NCBI GenBank assembly: GCA_964016885.1
Contig: OZ024740.1
Coordinates: 209,994,001 to 210,058,000, forward strand
Direction: 5' to 3'
Length of the DNA stretch: 64,000 bases
From: Eledone cirrhosa
Taxonomy: Eukaryota
Both the position numbers and the translations under genes were made by a program. Position 1 is the stretch's first letter, and every line of letters starts with the position of its first letter. Positions 12,310 through 23,552 of the stretch are shown piece after piece. The notes below the pieces were generated by a model. It did no database searches and had not been told where the DNA came from. It worked only from the letters and a program-made list of their open reading frames with translations.

Positions 12310-12406
12310 TAAATGTTTTGTGTTTATTACCTTTAACACAGTATTAAGTATATATATACACACACATATATTAAGTATATATATACACACACACATAAAT
12401 GTTTTG

Positions 12407-12437
<31 letters not shown>

Positions 12438-12518
12438 TAAATGTTTTGTGTTTATTACCTTTAACACTATTAAGTATCTCTTTTTTATATTAATTCCTTT
12501 GTCATATTTATATTTATA
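12168..12518. repeat. Inverted repeat centred on (TA)n, with partial re-duplications
   Basis: 12168-12260 is reverse-complemented at 12301-12340 and 12431-12518. Confidence 0.88.
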
Positions 12519-13416
12519 ACTTAAATCTTTAGCCATGCTCTCCATATATATGTAAATATAAACAATTTATAGTTTTGCTCTATTTCTGTTAATTCAAAAT
12601 ATACATTTGACAAGCAGGAATGTCACTCACTTGAATGCCACAATTTGAGTTCACTTCCTGTGTAGTTTGGTACAAAAGGAAGGAAAGCAGGAAAGTAATT
12701 TTCTTAAGATGATATTTTCTCATTTCGGCCTTACCACTACTGTCTTGTACTAAATGACCCAGAAGAACTGTCTATTCTTTTTCTCTCTTCTTCTTTGATA
12801 CTGTCTTCTCTATAAAAATTATAGCTTTGCTCTACAAAGCATTACAAATTAATGTCAGATTGATTATCCATGAGAGAAAACAGGCATTGAACTTGACCTT
12901 ATATGGAGTTATATTAACTCTTCAACAGTGGAGGTTTTAAAAAAAAAAGAAAATAAACAACCATCTTTTGGAAGGAGGTGTGCAATGTCTTCTCCTTGTG
13001 GTGAGACAGTGGACTGACCCTTAAGTTCCATTTATGGTGGTGGCATGTGGAAGTGTATATTTAAGTATTTAAACATCTTACAACGCACTCTTAATATCCA
13101 ACTAAAGCAAAATTACATTAATACCATATACATATTCTTAAATACTAAGAACAACCATCAACAACAGGAAAACAAACAACTAACTACTACTGTACAGTTA
13201 CCAGAAAAAAAAAAAAAAATACTGCTGACATTAGCAGAATCAGTAGGGTGTCCAAAAAAAAATGCCTTGCTGTATTAGATTACATTCTTTTATGTTAAAA
13301 TACTGTCATGGTCAACTTTACCTTTTATCTTTCCAGAAGTTGATAATATAATAAAGTAGCAGTGAAGAAGTGGAGTCAATACAATTGACTATTCCTCCTC
13401 ACACATAAAACATTAA

Positions 13417-13626
13417 CCCTTTAGCATTTACATTACTCTATATATACTATTATATTTTCATGGTAAAGGCTTTACCTTGCATAATTATCTCACATAATAT
13501 CGAATCTATGAGATTTTGAAAGTATTTATTTTGAGAACAATACCTTAACATCAGTTTGAGCGACCAGTTACAGCCAGTTTCAACAGAAAGAGGTAGAGAA
13601 TTTTGGCCGGTTTGAACATTAAAGGG
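13417..13626 (+). mobile_element. piggyBac-like TTAA MITE
   Basis: TTAA-CCCTTTA...TAAAGGG-TTAA; other copies at 44042-44256 and 44399-44585. Confidence 0.8.
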
Positions 13627-13741
13627 TTAAGGACTTGTGTCAATCTTAGAAATCAATATTTTATTTCACTATAAGGTGGTAGGTTTTTATTTCTTTAATT
13701 TATTTTATCAAATTAAAATTTCACATTGAATTGTATATATA

Positions 13742-14071
13742 CGGTGTACCCCCGACCTTCACGGTTCCAGTTATTCGTGGAATTTTGCTTAGAACCTTAC
13801 TAATAATTGTTCATAGAAAAACCACCGCATATTCACGGAATCGTAAATAATTTCCACAATTTTTTAAATGGCTTTTTTCGTGGCAATATATATTTTTTGA
13901 CACTTTTTAATGCTAAATTATTAATAACAATATGTCGTATTTGCTGGCCTATATTTTACGTTATGTTTTGATATTTATAGGCATTTTTATGGACCATGTC
14001 CAATATTCACAGTTTTTCACTCTTCGTAGGTGCTCCAGGAATGTAACCCCTTGAATACCGGGGGACAACTG
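13742..14071. mobile_element. pogo/Tigger-like MITE
   Basis: Imperfect TIRs CGGTGTACCCCCGACCTTC / GAATACCGGGGGACAACTG flanked by TA. Confidence 0.65.
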
Positions 14072-14149
14072 TATTTACAAACAAGAAGAGAGAAAAAAAA
14101 TGAGATATAAAAAAAAAGGAAGGGGGCAGAAATGGGGAAGGAAAAAGTT

Positions 14150-15400
14150 CTATATTCTTTGCTGGCCAGTACATCCCTGCTATACCCCATGGACAAGATG
14201 GTGAAAGCATTGCTGCAGAGAATAACCAGCCATACTTGCTACATCAGCCATTCCACCTTATGAGGCTCATTTTTCTCATTTGGCTGAGGAAAACAGCATT
14301 CCGGGGATGGGGGACACTGGAGATCTCAATGGCAACCAGCACAGAAAGGAATCACTCAGTCCATGTCTGGTGTTTAGTTATCTTATGCTCCTCCACATTA
14401 TAGAGAGCAGCACCTGTGTTTGTGATTGAACTGGAGAATGTGTTACAAGCTGTGGTATCTCAGTGATCCTCCCACCTGCTATCTGATTAACCCTTATATC
14501 TGATGATCTTCACAATCTCAAAACCCTTATGAACAGGCTGCATTTAGTTGTTACATATCCAACTTTCTTCCTGCTGAGTAACTACTTTGACATGCTGAAG
14601 CTTTTGAATACATCTTGTAGTGTCTCCTGTCATGTATCTTATTTCACAGATCTTGATACCTGCATCTAGTGTAGCACAGAGGAAACATGCGATGTCCAGT
14701 TTAATGATATTGGATGGCAGCAAACCACTTTACCTGAAAGATTCAATAGTCTTGTTCATCAGTCTCTAATTTCAGTGGCATTGTCGGCCTCCTGTCATGC
14801 CCTTATCAAAAAAGTTCTCCACAACACATCAGAGCCTACTACAATCAAGGAATTCAAGATGGCCTAAATGGTTTGGAGCCACTTTAACTTACATTTTGTA
14901 GATGTCCAATCTGCCTAATGCAAATTGGACACAATCTAGTGTGACAAATTCATAGTTATGTTACCTCAGTGCTGGTCACCTTCCATGCCATGTCACTCCG
15001 AATGAGATTATTCAGCATGGCTTAGATGTTGCTGGCTTCCCATTACAGCTTGAACTGGTGGGGTTAGACCAAGTGACAGCAAAAAGACAGATGACATCTA
15101 CCCTTTCCATGGTGACAACCCCTTATATGGGGCATGGCATGCAAGAAGAGTTTCTCCTGCAGCAACCTGGTGAATTCAGCACCAAACCCACCAAGTTTCA
15201 CCATTTGGCAAGCTGACCATCACAAGCCATTGAAGTACTGGCTGTCATCATTGAACTTATAGCAGTGGAAACTTCTGGCTTCTTGGGAGCCCCAACTAAT
15301 TCCCTACTTACTGTTACTGGAACAGAGTTGGGTTAAGTAGAATGAACTTCATAAGTATCTCCCTTCCTATTCTCTGGGGTATTGCTTTTTCAATTCTGTT
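14150..15400 (+). pseudogene. Degenerate CRE-like (RLE-type) non-LTR retrotransposon
   Basis: Hand translation gives WQQTTLP and SAGHLPCHVTPNEIIQHGLDVAGFPLQLELVGLD / DSKKTDDI, resembling RH..LN..AG.P..LEP.GL..DGKRPDG, then ELIAVETSGFLG. Confidence 0.65.
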
Positions 15401-15660
15401 TGCTGGTTCTGCATGTCAGAAAGGCAGAACAAGTAAATGAAAGAATATGACAGCTTTTCATTGGTTAGTTTATGCTGTTACCATTGGCCACTACATACAG
15501 GTACAAATTTACATACATACATGCACACACACACACACGCACACACACATACACGCACACACACATACACACACACATGCATACATACTTACATACATAC
15601 ATAACTTAATTAATATAAGTGACTGATGACTTATCAGAAAACAATAAAAACAACCTGGTC

Positions 15661-15916
15661 TTAACCTTTTTGTCATCACACTTCTAATGAAAGAAATTGT
15701 ATTTGAATTGATTAATGTAGAATTTTGAGTGATTTACTAAAATTATTAATTATTTCATTATTATGATGATATACAACACAACTTAATAAAAGGTTCTTAT
15801 CTCAAATTATGTTGAAAGATTTTAATTTCAATATAGGAACCCTTTAAAATGGGAGGTTTTGTTTCAAAGAACCAGAGCAGAGTTGGTTTTGGGTGGATTG
15901 GTATCAAAAGGGTTAA
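15661..15916. mobile_element. Second TTAA MITE family
   Basis: TTAACCTTTTTGTCATC...GTATCAAAAGGGTTAA; degenerate relatives near 23640-23885 and 4200-4358. Confidence 0.6.
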
Positions 15917-16422
15917 AGGCATTACAAAGGATCTGATTTGAAAAAAATTTTGGGTGGTATTTCTTGTAAGTTGAGTAATCACATAGAGGCTCCCACATTA
16001 CTTTACAGGTGAGTAGGTAACAGCAGGTAGGGAAACTCAAACATATATATATCACATTCATATTTTTGTCTCAGCAGGTTGGAGAGGTAAATGCTCCCTT
16101 ACTATGAAGCTAGTATTATTTTGCTTTTTATTGTAAAGCTTTCATCTGTTTGAAATATAGACAAAGTGAGAACATGACATGTGTCATATTAATGAACAAT
16201 AGAAAAATGGCCAGTGTTTATGTTTTTTTCCTATTTCTACTTTAATCTTTTTGTTTTCATTTCAGTCTCACAAAACTCTCACCTCTATAACATTCTTTCC
16301 TGTGACCTGTTGAAACATGAAGTTTAAATATATTGTACAAGTCATTTACAACTGAGAGTTTGTATAAACAGGCGCTGCTTGGGATTTGCTCTATCGTTCT
16401 TATATATTTGATATATATTTAT

Positions 16423-16954
16423 CTTTATCGTGAAATAAATACGTTTGTTTATATTTTGTTATTGTGTATGCAAAAATATCTGTACACGAATATATAATTA
16501 TATATATATATATATATATTAAACTAACAGATTAAAGTTTAAGCAAATAATCGCTGCTTTCACCCTTAACAGGGTCTTCTGAAGCTAAAAAAATCAATCT
16601 GTGAACGCAGAAGTATATATTTCGAAAAACATTACACACTATATATATACACACACACACATATAGCGTCATAATGTCGTAATGCAGACAGCCAGACATA
16701 CAGACAGATATTATAAGGGCGCAACGTTGTATCTATGTATCTATCTAAAAAGAAAGACTAAGAATTATAGAGAGATAGCTAAATCGCGTAATGCGGTCCC
16801 TAGGGCATTGAAAATTTGAATTTTTCTTTGCTCAAAACACTCACACGACCATAAGTATTACATGTGTAAAGTTTGAAAACAATTGGTTGGGTGCTTCTCG
16901 AGTTTTAGGGAGTCGGACAGACAGACAGACTTTTGCTGTTTTAGATATATAGAT
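16423..16954 (-). mobile_element. Non-autonomous Helitron-like element, copy 1
   Basis: Starts ATCTATATATCTAAAACAG..(TCTG)n, like the other Helitron 5' ends; near-identical to 37093-37968. Confidence 0.65.
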
Positions 16955-17591
16955 ATTCTTTTGATTTCAGTCATTAGGCAGTGGCCATGCTGGGGTACTA
17001 CCCCAAAGGGATTTAGTTGATTATATAAATTTGTGTACTTATTTTTATCAAGTTTGTACTTATTCTATATATCTCTTTTTGTCAAACCACTAAGTTATGT
17101 AACATAAATAGTAAACACGCACACACACACACACACACACAGGTAAAAGAGTATATATGAGAGTTTAACATATCAAAATTGTTGCTGTAAAGTAACAACA
17201 ATATGGCTGTCAGGACCAAAAAGCAACATCTATCTGATGTTTTGCAAAGAACATGAAAGCCTAACAGATTAGATATACATTTTCTCTCTGTTATATACGC
17301 ATAATGTTTTCTGTTAAAAAAGAAGCCTCGGCTTCTAATAAAATAGTATACTCTACTTTATGTATTGTGTATGTTTTTCAATCTATTTCTAAACTCAAAC
17401 ATTCACCAGATCATATGGAAGAAATACAGACAGAAATATCACACCTGAACACATGATATGAGAAAGTATATAGCAAACCAAAACTTAATCTAGACAGAAA
17501 CACAAGTTAAGATAAAGTGGATTGGGCATTTTAATGAATGCTGATCATTCTAAAACTAAAATCAAACAATGCAAAAAGAAAATAATAAAAA

Positions 17592-17806
17592 TGGTTTCTG
17601 AGTAAGGCACAAGGCCAACAATTTTGAGGGAGGGGAAAGTCTATTAAATCTACCCCTGGTGCATTACTGGTACTTTATTTTATCAACCCTGTAAGGATAA
17701 AAGGCAAAGCTAACCTCGGTGGAATTTGAACTCAGAATGTGAAGAGCCATAACTCTGCTGCAAAGTATGGTGTCCGATGCTTTACAAATACTGCCAGTCC
17801 ACCACC
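17592..17806 (-). mobile_element. tRNA-derived CORE SINE
   Basis: Long-tail form; another copy at 18062-18262. Confidence 0.8.
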
Positions 17807-17837
17807 TTTACGATGATGATGATAATAATAATAATAA

Positions 17838-18056
17838 AGTGGCCATGTTGGTATCATGACAAAAAGCACCCAGCGCACACTGTAAATGTGGTTGGCATTA
17901 GGAAGGGCATCCAGCTGTAGAAACCAAGCCAGAAACGGGTCAGTATGAGCAAGACATGGTCACCTGACCCAACTTGCCTCTAAAGGGACAACCTGTCTAA
18001 CCCATGCTAGAGTGGAAAGTGGACATTAAATGATGAGGATGATGATGATGATGATG
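17838..18056 (+). mobile_element. RTE 3'UTR copy
   Basis: Same UTR motifs and (GAT)n tail. Confidence 0.78.
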
Positions 18057-18467
18057 AATAACGATTTCTGATTTAGTCACAAGGCCAACAATTTGATGGG
18101 GCGGGAAAAGTTTATTAAATCGGCCCCAGTGCATGACAAGTACTTTATTTTGTTTACCCCCCCCCCCCCCGTAAGGATGAAAAGCAAAGCTAACCTCAGC
18201 AGGAGTTGAACTCAGAAGGTAAATGGCCATAACTCTATGCTGGAAAGCATGCTGTCCAATGCTCTGGAATTTTTTTGTTAGTTTAGAGTGATGAAAGAGA
18301 GAAACTGTTGATTATATTATAGCCAGACTATTAGGAAGTGTTGACCTATATGAGGTTGACTCACCAACTATCTGGCCTACATTCTCAAACAAGATAATTA
18401 GCTGCCATCACATACAAAGGTTTACTGGCTGTCTTTGGGGATTGAAAATCTTGGTTATTCCTGTCCA

Positions 18468-18469
18468 TG

Positions 18470-18513
<44 letters not shown>

Positions 18514-18960
18514 GGGTGGTGGCAGTAGTAGTAGTTGTTGTTGTAGTATTAGCAGTAGTAGTAGTAGTAGTAGTGGTGGTGGTGGTGGGTGGTGGGTGGT
18601 GGTAGTAGTAGTAGTTTTTGTAGCTGTATCAGTAGTAGTAGTATTAGCAGTAGTAGTAGTAATAGTAGTAGTAGTGGTGGTGGTGGTGGTGGCTGTAGTA
18701 GTAGTAGTAGTTGTTGTTGTTGTAGCAGAAGTGGTAGTAGTAGTAGTATTAGTAGTAGTAGCAGCAGCAGTAGTAGTATTAGTATAGTGGTAGTAGTTGG
18801 TGTTGTAGTAGTAGTAATAGTAGCAGTAGTAGTAGAAGTAGTAGCAGCAGCAGTAGTTGTAGTAGTAGCAGCAGCAGTTACAGTAGTAGTAGCAGCAGCA
18901 GCAGCGGTAGTAGAAGTAGCAGCAGTAGTAGTTGTAATTGTAGTAGTAATGGTGATAGTA
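18468..18960. repeat. (GTA/GTG/GCA)n trinucleotide tract
   Basis: Seen directly in the sequence. Confidence 0.95.
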
Positions 18961-19197
18961 ATTGCAATAGTTTTGTTAAGCTGATGTAGAGGTTGTAGTA
19001 AAGATATATAAAGGATAATTAGAATGGCAGAGATACCCACAAGAGAGAAAAAAAATGTCAATGGCCTCAACTATCAGCACCAACAAAACAATAAGAGTTG
19101 GCAAGAATATATAAAGTTTATATTGAGATAGCATCAGCACTATTATAGTTCTAAATTACTTTGAAGATATACTGCAGAGATGTTAAGGTGTCTGTGT

Positions 19198-19233
<36 letters not shown>

Positions 19234-19255
19234 CATACATATCATCATCATCATC

Positions 19256-20475
19256 AAAGCTTTCAATTCTGTGCCACACAAGAGGCTTATGGCAAAACTC
19301 TCTGCAATGGGTGTGAAGGATGATCTTTTTTAACTGGTGGAAGTCCTTCATTCTCAGTCGAAGAGAGGTAGTCACGGTTCTGGGACAGCATTCTTCACCA
19401 TATGAGATGTCATCTGGTGTACCACAGGGATCTGTTCTTGGCCCCCTTTTGTTTGTGGCATATATTAATGACATAGATGCCAACTTAAGGAATGCCACAG
19501 TACTAAAGTACGCAGATGACATCAACCTGTACCTTGAGATAAAAAGGACAAATTCTGAACACTATAGATCTTGCTTGCAGTCTGACCTGGACACAATGCA
19601 ACAATGGATCTCAGACTGGCAACTTAAGCTGGCTGTGGACAAGTGCCCACCATGCATTTTGGGAGTAAAAACCCAGCATTGACATACTCCCTCCACAGCA
19701 CTAATATCAAGAAGTCTTCTTGTGAACGTGACCTGAGCATTATGGTCAGCAGCGATTTGCGTTGGACGAAGCACGTCTCTAAATTGTCAAGAGGGCTGAG
19801 GGTGTCTTAGCATCACTCAGCAAGACCTTTGTCAGCCACTCTCCAGCTATCTATTTAAGGCTGTACATGACTATGGTGCGGCCACACTTAGAATTTGCAT
19901 CACCAGTCTGGAACCCTTATCTTGCTCAGAACATTGACTGCCTGGAAACTGTTCAGAGACGTGCAACCAAGCGAATACCCTCCATCAGGCACCTACCATA
20001 CTCTGAATGCCTTGCTTCCCTGGGCATGGATACATTGAAGCTCCGACGCCTGGCAACTGACTTGGTAAACACTCACAAAATTGTTAACCATCTTGCCAAC
20101 AACAACCCTGAGTACCTTTTTGATTTCCATGTGTCTAACACATGTGGACATGTCCACAAAGTCAGAAAACAGCACAGTTCCCATGACTTTCGGAAACATT
20201 TTTTCATGCTCAGAGTTGCTGAAGAATGGAACAAACTACTTGCATCAGTTGTTAGCTGTCGAGACTCTGCATCCTTTAAAACCTCCATGCTTCCTGAGAT
20301 TCGCCAACACTACACCAAATATTCCCCCTCCACACACATACACACATATATATCATGACTCATACACTATTCACTTCCCTGACATTTGTATATTATTCTA
20401 TGTACTATACATGCACCTTTGACGAGTTGTAGTGCACCTGAGCACTTTACACAATAATTTCATTATTATTATTAT
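19256..20475 (+). pseudogene. 5'-truncated CR1/L2-group LINE (RT C-half), frameshifted
   Basis: SKAFNSVPH, GVPQGSVLGP, KYADD, RPHLEFASPVWNP and QRRATKRIP motifs; 3' tail (ATT)n. Confidence 0.9.
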
Positions 20476-20644
20476 TTATCATCATTTAACGTCTATCTTC
20501 CACGCTAGCATGGGTTTAGACGGGAATTGTCCCATGTGAGGCAAGATTAGTTGTCTTGCTCATATAGGACTGTCTGGCGGGTTTTCTACGGCTGGATGCA
20601 TTTGTTAACACCAACCACGTTTACAGTGTATATATATATATATA

Positions 20645-21360
20645 TATATCAAAGGTATATCTTGAGTTAGGAACTCAAAATAGTCTCTTACAATAAAATA
20701 GCTCTAAGAAAGAGATTTTTCCGAGCCGTATATTATAATTGAATATAAAAGAAAAACGAACACAGATATATAGATATATGTGTTCAAATCGCAAGGGACC
20801 AGATTCGCTAAGGTGAAAAGAATACTAACTATAGACAATAGGGTTTGCCTGTCTCAATTTAAGAAAAAAATCAAGAAAATAAATACAAACTGGAATTGTG
20901 GTTGAGTTCCTAACTCAATATATACCTTTGATATATTTGGCTCCATTAATTTGTTGAGCTATTCCAAATGTCGAATAAACCTGGCTGCTATTTTTAGTGG
21001 TGTAAGTTTGTGAGACACGCTAAGATACCATGTGCGTTATTATATATAACACACTTTTCAGTTTCTTAATATACTTAGAAGTGTCTAGGATACTAATTTG
21101 TCACCCACTGATGAGCAAGAATTGGTAATTCTATTCACAATTAATTAGTATTGCGAAACAGCACCAAGTTGTCTGGGTGATTGGTAGTTACCACAATTCC
21201 GGTTTGTATTTATTTTCTTGATTTTTTTCTTAAATTGAGACAGGCAAACCCTATTGTCTATAGTTAGTATTCTTTTCACCTTAGCGAATCTGGTCCCTTG
21301 CAATTTGAACACATATATCTATATATCTGTGTTCGTTTTTCTTTTATATTCAATTATAAT
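20645..21360. repeat. Interleaved double inverted repeat containing a hammerhead
   Basis: 20645-20678 pairs with 20902-20935; 20732-20901 pairs with 21191-21360. Confidence 0.92.
21101..21180 (+). ncRNA. Type I hammerhead ribozyme, canonical core
   Basis: Stem I TCACCCA/TGGGTGA, CTGATGA, stem II GCAA/TTGC, GAAA, stem III ACAGC/GTTGT; GUC cleavage predicted after 21173. Confidence 0.88.
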
Positions 21361-21630
21361 TATATATATCTATATACATTTATACATATACATATATATA
21401 TTTATACATATATATCATCATCATCATCATTTTACGTCCGCTTGCAAGGGTGGGACAATTATGAGCACAATTATTATATAAATATATATATAAATATATA
21501 TATATAAATGAATACATTTATATATATATATACACATATACACTTATATGTGTATATGTATATATATACATATATACTTATATATATACATTTATATATA
21601 TATATATATACACATATATGCTTATGTGTG

Positions 21631-21663
<33 letters not shown>

Positions 21664-21667
<4 letters not shown>

Positions 21668-22322
21668 TCATCATCATCATCATCATCATCAACGTTTAAT
21701 GTCCGTGTTCCACGCTTGCATGGGTTTGGACGGGGGTTTTCCCACTTGAGGCAAGAGTGATTGTCTTGCTTGCATAGGACTGTCTGGCAGGTTTTCTACA
21801 GTTGGATGCCCTTCCTAACACCAACCACATTTACAGTGTGGGTCTGGGAGGTTTTTACCGTGTTGCCTACACGGCCACATTACAGCGTGGACTGTGTGTT
21901 TTTTTGTCGTGACACCTACACGATCTCATTTGTTTCGGCCTGGATGGTGTGGCACCAACATAACTTTACATAGAAGGGGGTGGTGTGGATGGGGTGGGGG
22001 AGGTGGGACGGGGTGTATTTTGTTAGAGATGCCTACTGACTGTAGTAGGTTTTACTATGTATTTAGGTAAGGCGGGTCTTCTCTATTACTGAGTACCGCC
22101 AAAGGTCTCGGTCCACTGACATTGTCTTGGAGAGGTGTAAGTGTGTGAGGTCGGAGTTTATCAGCTCGTCCCAGGTTTTTCTAGGTCTGCCTATTCTGTG
22201 GCTACTGTCTATCTTTATTGCTCTGCACTTTGTTATACAGCTATCGACTTTCATGCGCATCACGTGTCCATACCAACGTAACCTTCTCTCGAGTAAACAA
22301 CATCTGATCCCTCTTATTTCTA
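21664..22322 (-). mobile_element. 5'-truncated RTE-clade LINE (ORF end + 3'UTR + (GAT)n tail)
   Basis: RRLRWYGHVMRM...GRPRKTWDE...DRDLWR, followed by a UTR with GTTAGGAAGGGCATCC and a (GAT)n tail. Confidence 0.9.
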
Positions 22323-22331
22323 ATTTTTTCC

Positions 22332-22368
<37 letters not shown>

Positions 22369-22527
22369 GCATATATATGCACCATATCTTCAAAGCAAAT
22401 TCAAACTATATTGGTACTGATGTTATCTCAATATGAACTTTAAAAACATACAAGTTGCCCCTTAAAACAGTACTGCTTATTCTATAAGTTTTGATATGTA
22501 ACCTTTAATTCATGACTTCATCCAAGC

Positions 22528-22574
<47 letters not shown>

Positions 22575-22579
22575 CACAC

Positions 22580-22642
<63 letters not shown>

Positions 22643-22990
22643 CTTATACAAAATAGTTTATAGTAGTCTAATAATGTAACTGCCAGCTTTGCACAAATTA
22701 AAGCAAGATGCTTTGAAGTTTCTGGGTGGTCCAGGTGGCAAATCCCATATAATTCAGCTTTAACTCTTTTCATGTTGAAAAGAGAATGACAACTGTTCTG
22801 GTGTGGCAGCACCTGTGGTGTCTTCTTCATTATGGTACATCCTTTCATGTGCACATTTATAGATACACCACGAAATACAAGATATAGTCAAAATACTGGC
22901 AATCATAATATTTCAGTTTTATGTCTGTATAATAAATACACTAAATATACACTGAATGAAAGACTCATATATTACTTATAGAGTCTAAGT

Positions 22991-23309
22991 CAGGGGTGTG
23001 CAACATATTCCATTGGCGGGCCACCTTTGAATATTGGAACAACTATTAGGGCCATTAATATTTATTAAGCACTATTCCAAAGATTCACCACAACTTCTTT
23101 CCATAACATGGAACTGGGAAAATATAACACACATAACCCTATCAGTGAAGCCCTTTAGTATAGGTCAACTAACAGAAAATTGTATTATGGTTACGAAAAA
23201 AATTCTAAATAAGTCTACAAGGTAGAAATTAAAACCAGTAATCGCGGGCCACTCTGACTGGTCCGGCCGGCTGGATTATGACTCGCGGGCTGCCTGTTGC
23301 ACGCCCCTG
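22991..23309. mobile_element. hAT MITE
   Basis: TIRs CAGGGGTGTGCAAC / GTTGCACGCCCCTG; perfect 8-bp TSD GTCTAAGT. Confidence 0.92.
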
Positions 23310-23333
23310 GTCTAAGTAATATATATGTATTAT

Positions 23334-23552
23334 TGGTGGATTGGCAGAGTTGTTAGAGCATCAGACAACATGCTTTGTGGCATATAGTTATATCCCTTCA
23401 CATTCTTAGTTCATATTTTGCCACAGTTAGCTTTGCCTTTCAGCCTTACAAGGGTTGATAAAATAAAGTACCAGTAATGCATTGAGGTTCATTTAATTGA
23501 CTTTCCCCTCTCCCCAAATTGATGGCCTTGTGCCTAAATCAGAACCCATTAT
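23334..23552 (+). mobile_element. tRNA-derived CORE SINE
   Basis: Long-tail form; an opposite-strand copy lies at 23888-24100. Confidence 0.78.

Noticed and set aside
15990-16015. Plus-strand TTTACAG|GTGAGT recursive-like site
   Set aside because: Short, interrupted pyrimidine tract and no clear branch motif; compatible with chance.
16545-16585. CAGAAGA-CCC..GGG-TGAAAGC on the minus strand
   Set aside because: U4 is altered and neither stem I nor stem III forms; at best a dead remnant.
18467-19070. Poly-Val/Ser/Thr ORFs
   Set aside because: Simple trinucleotide repeat.
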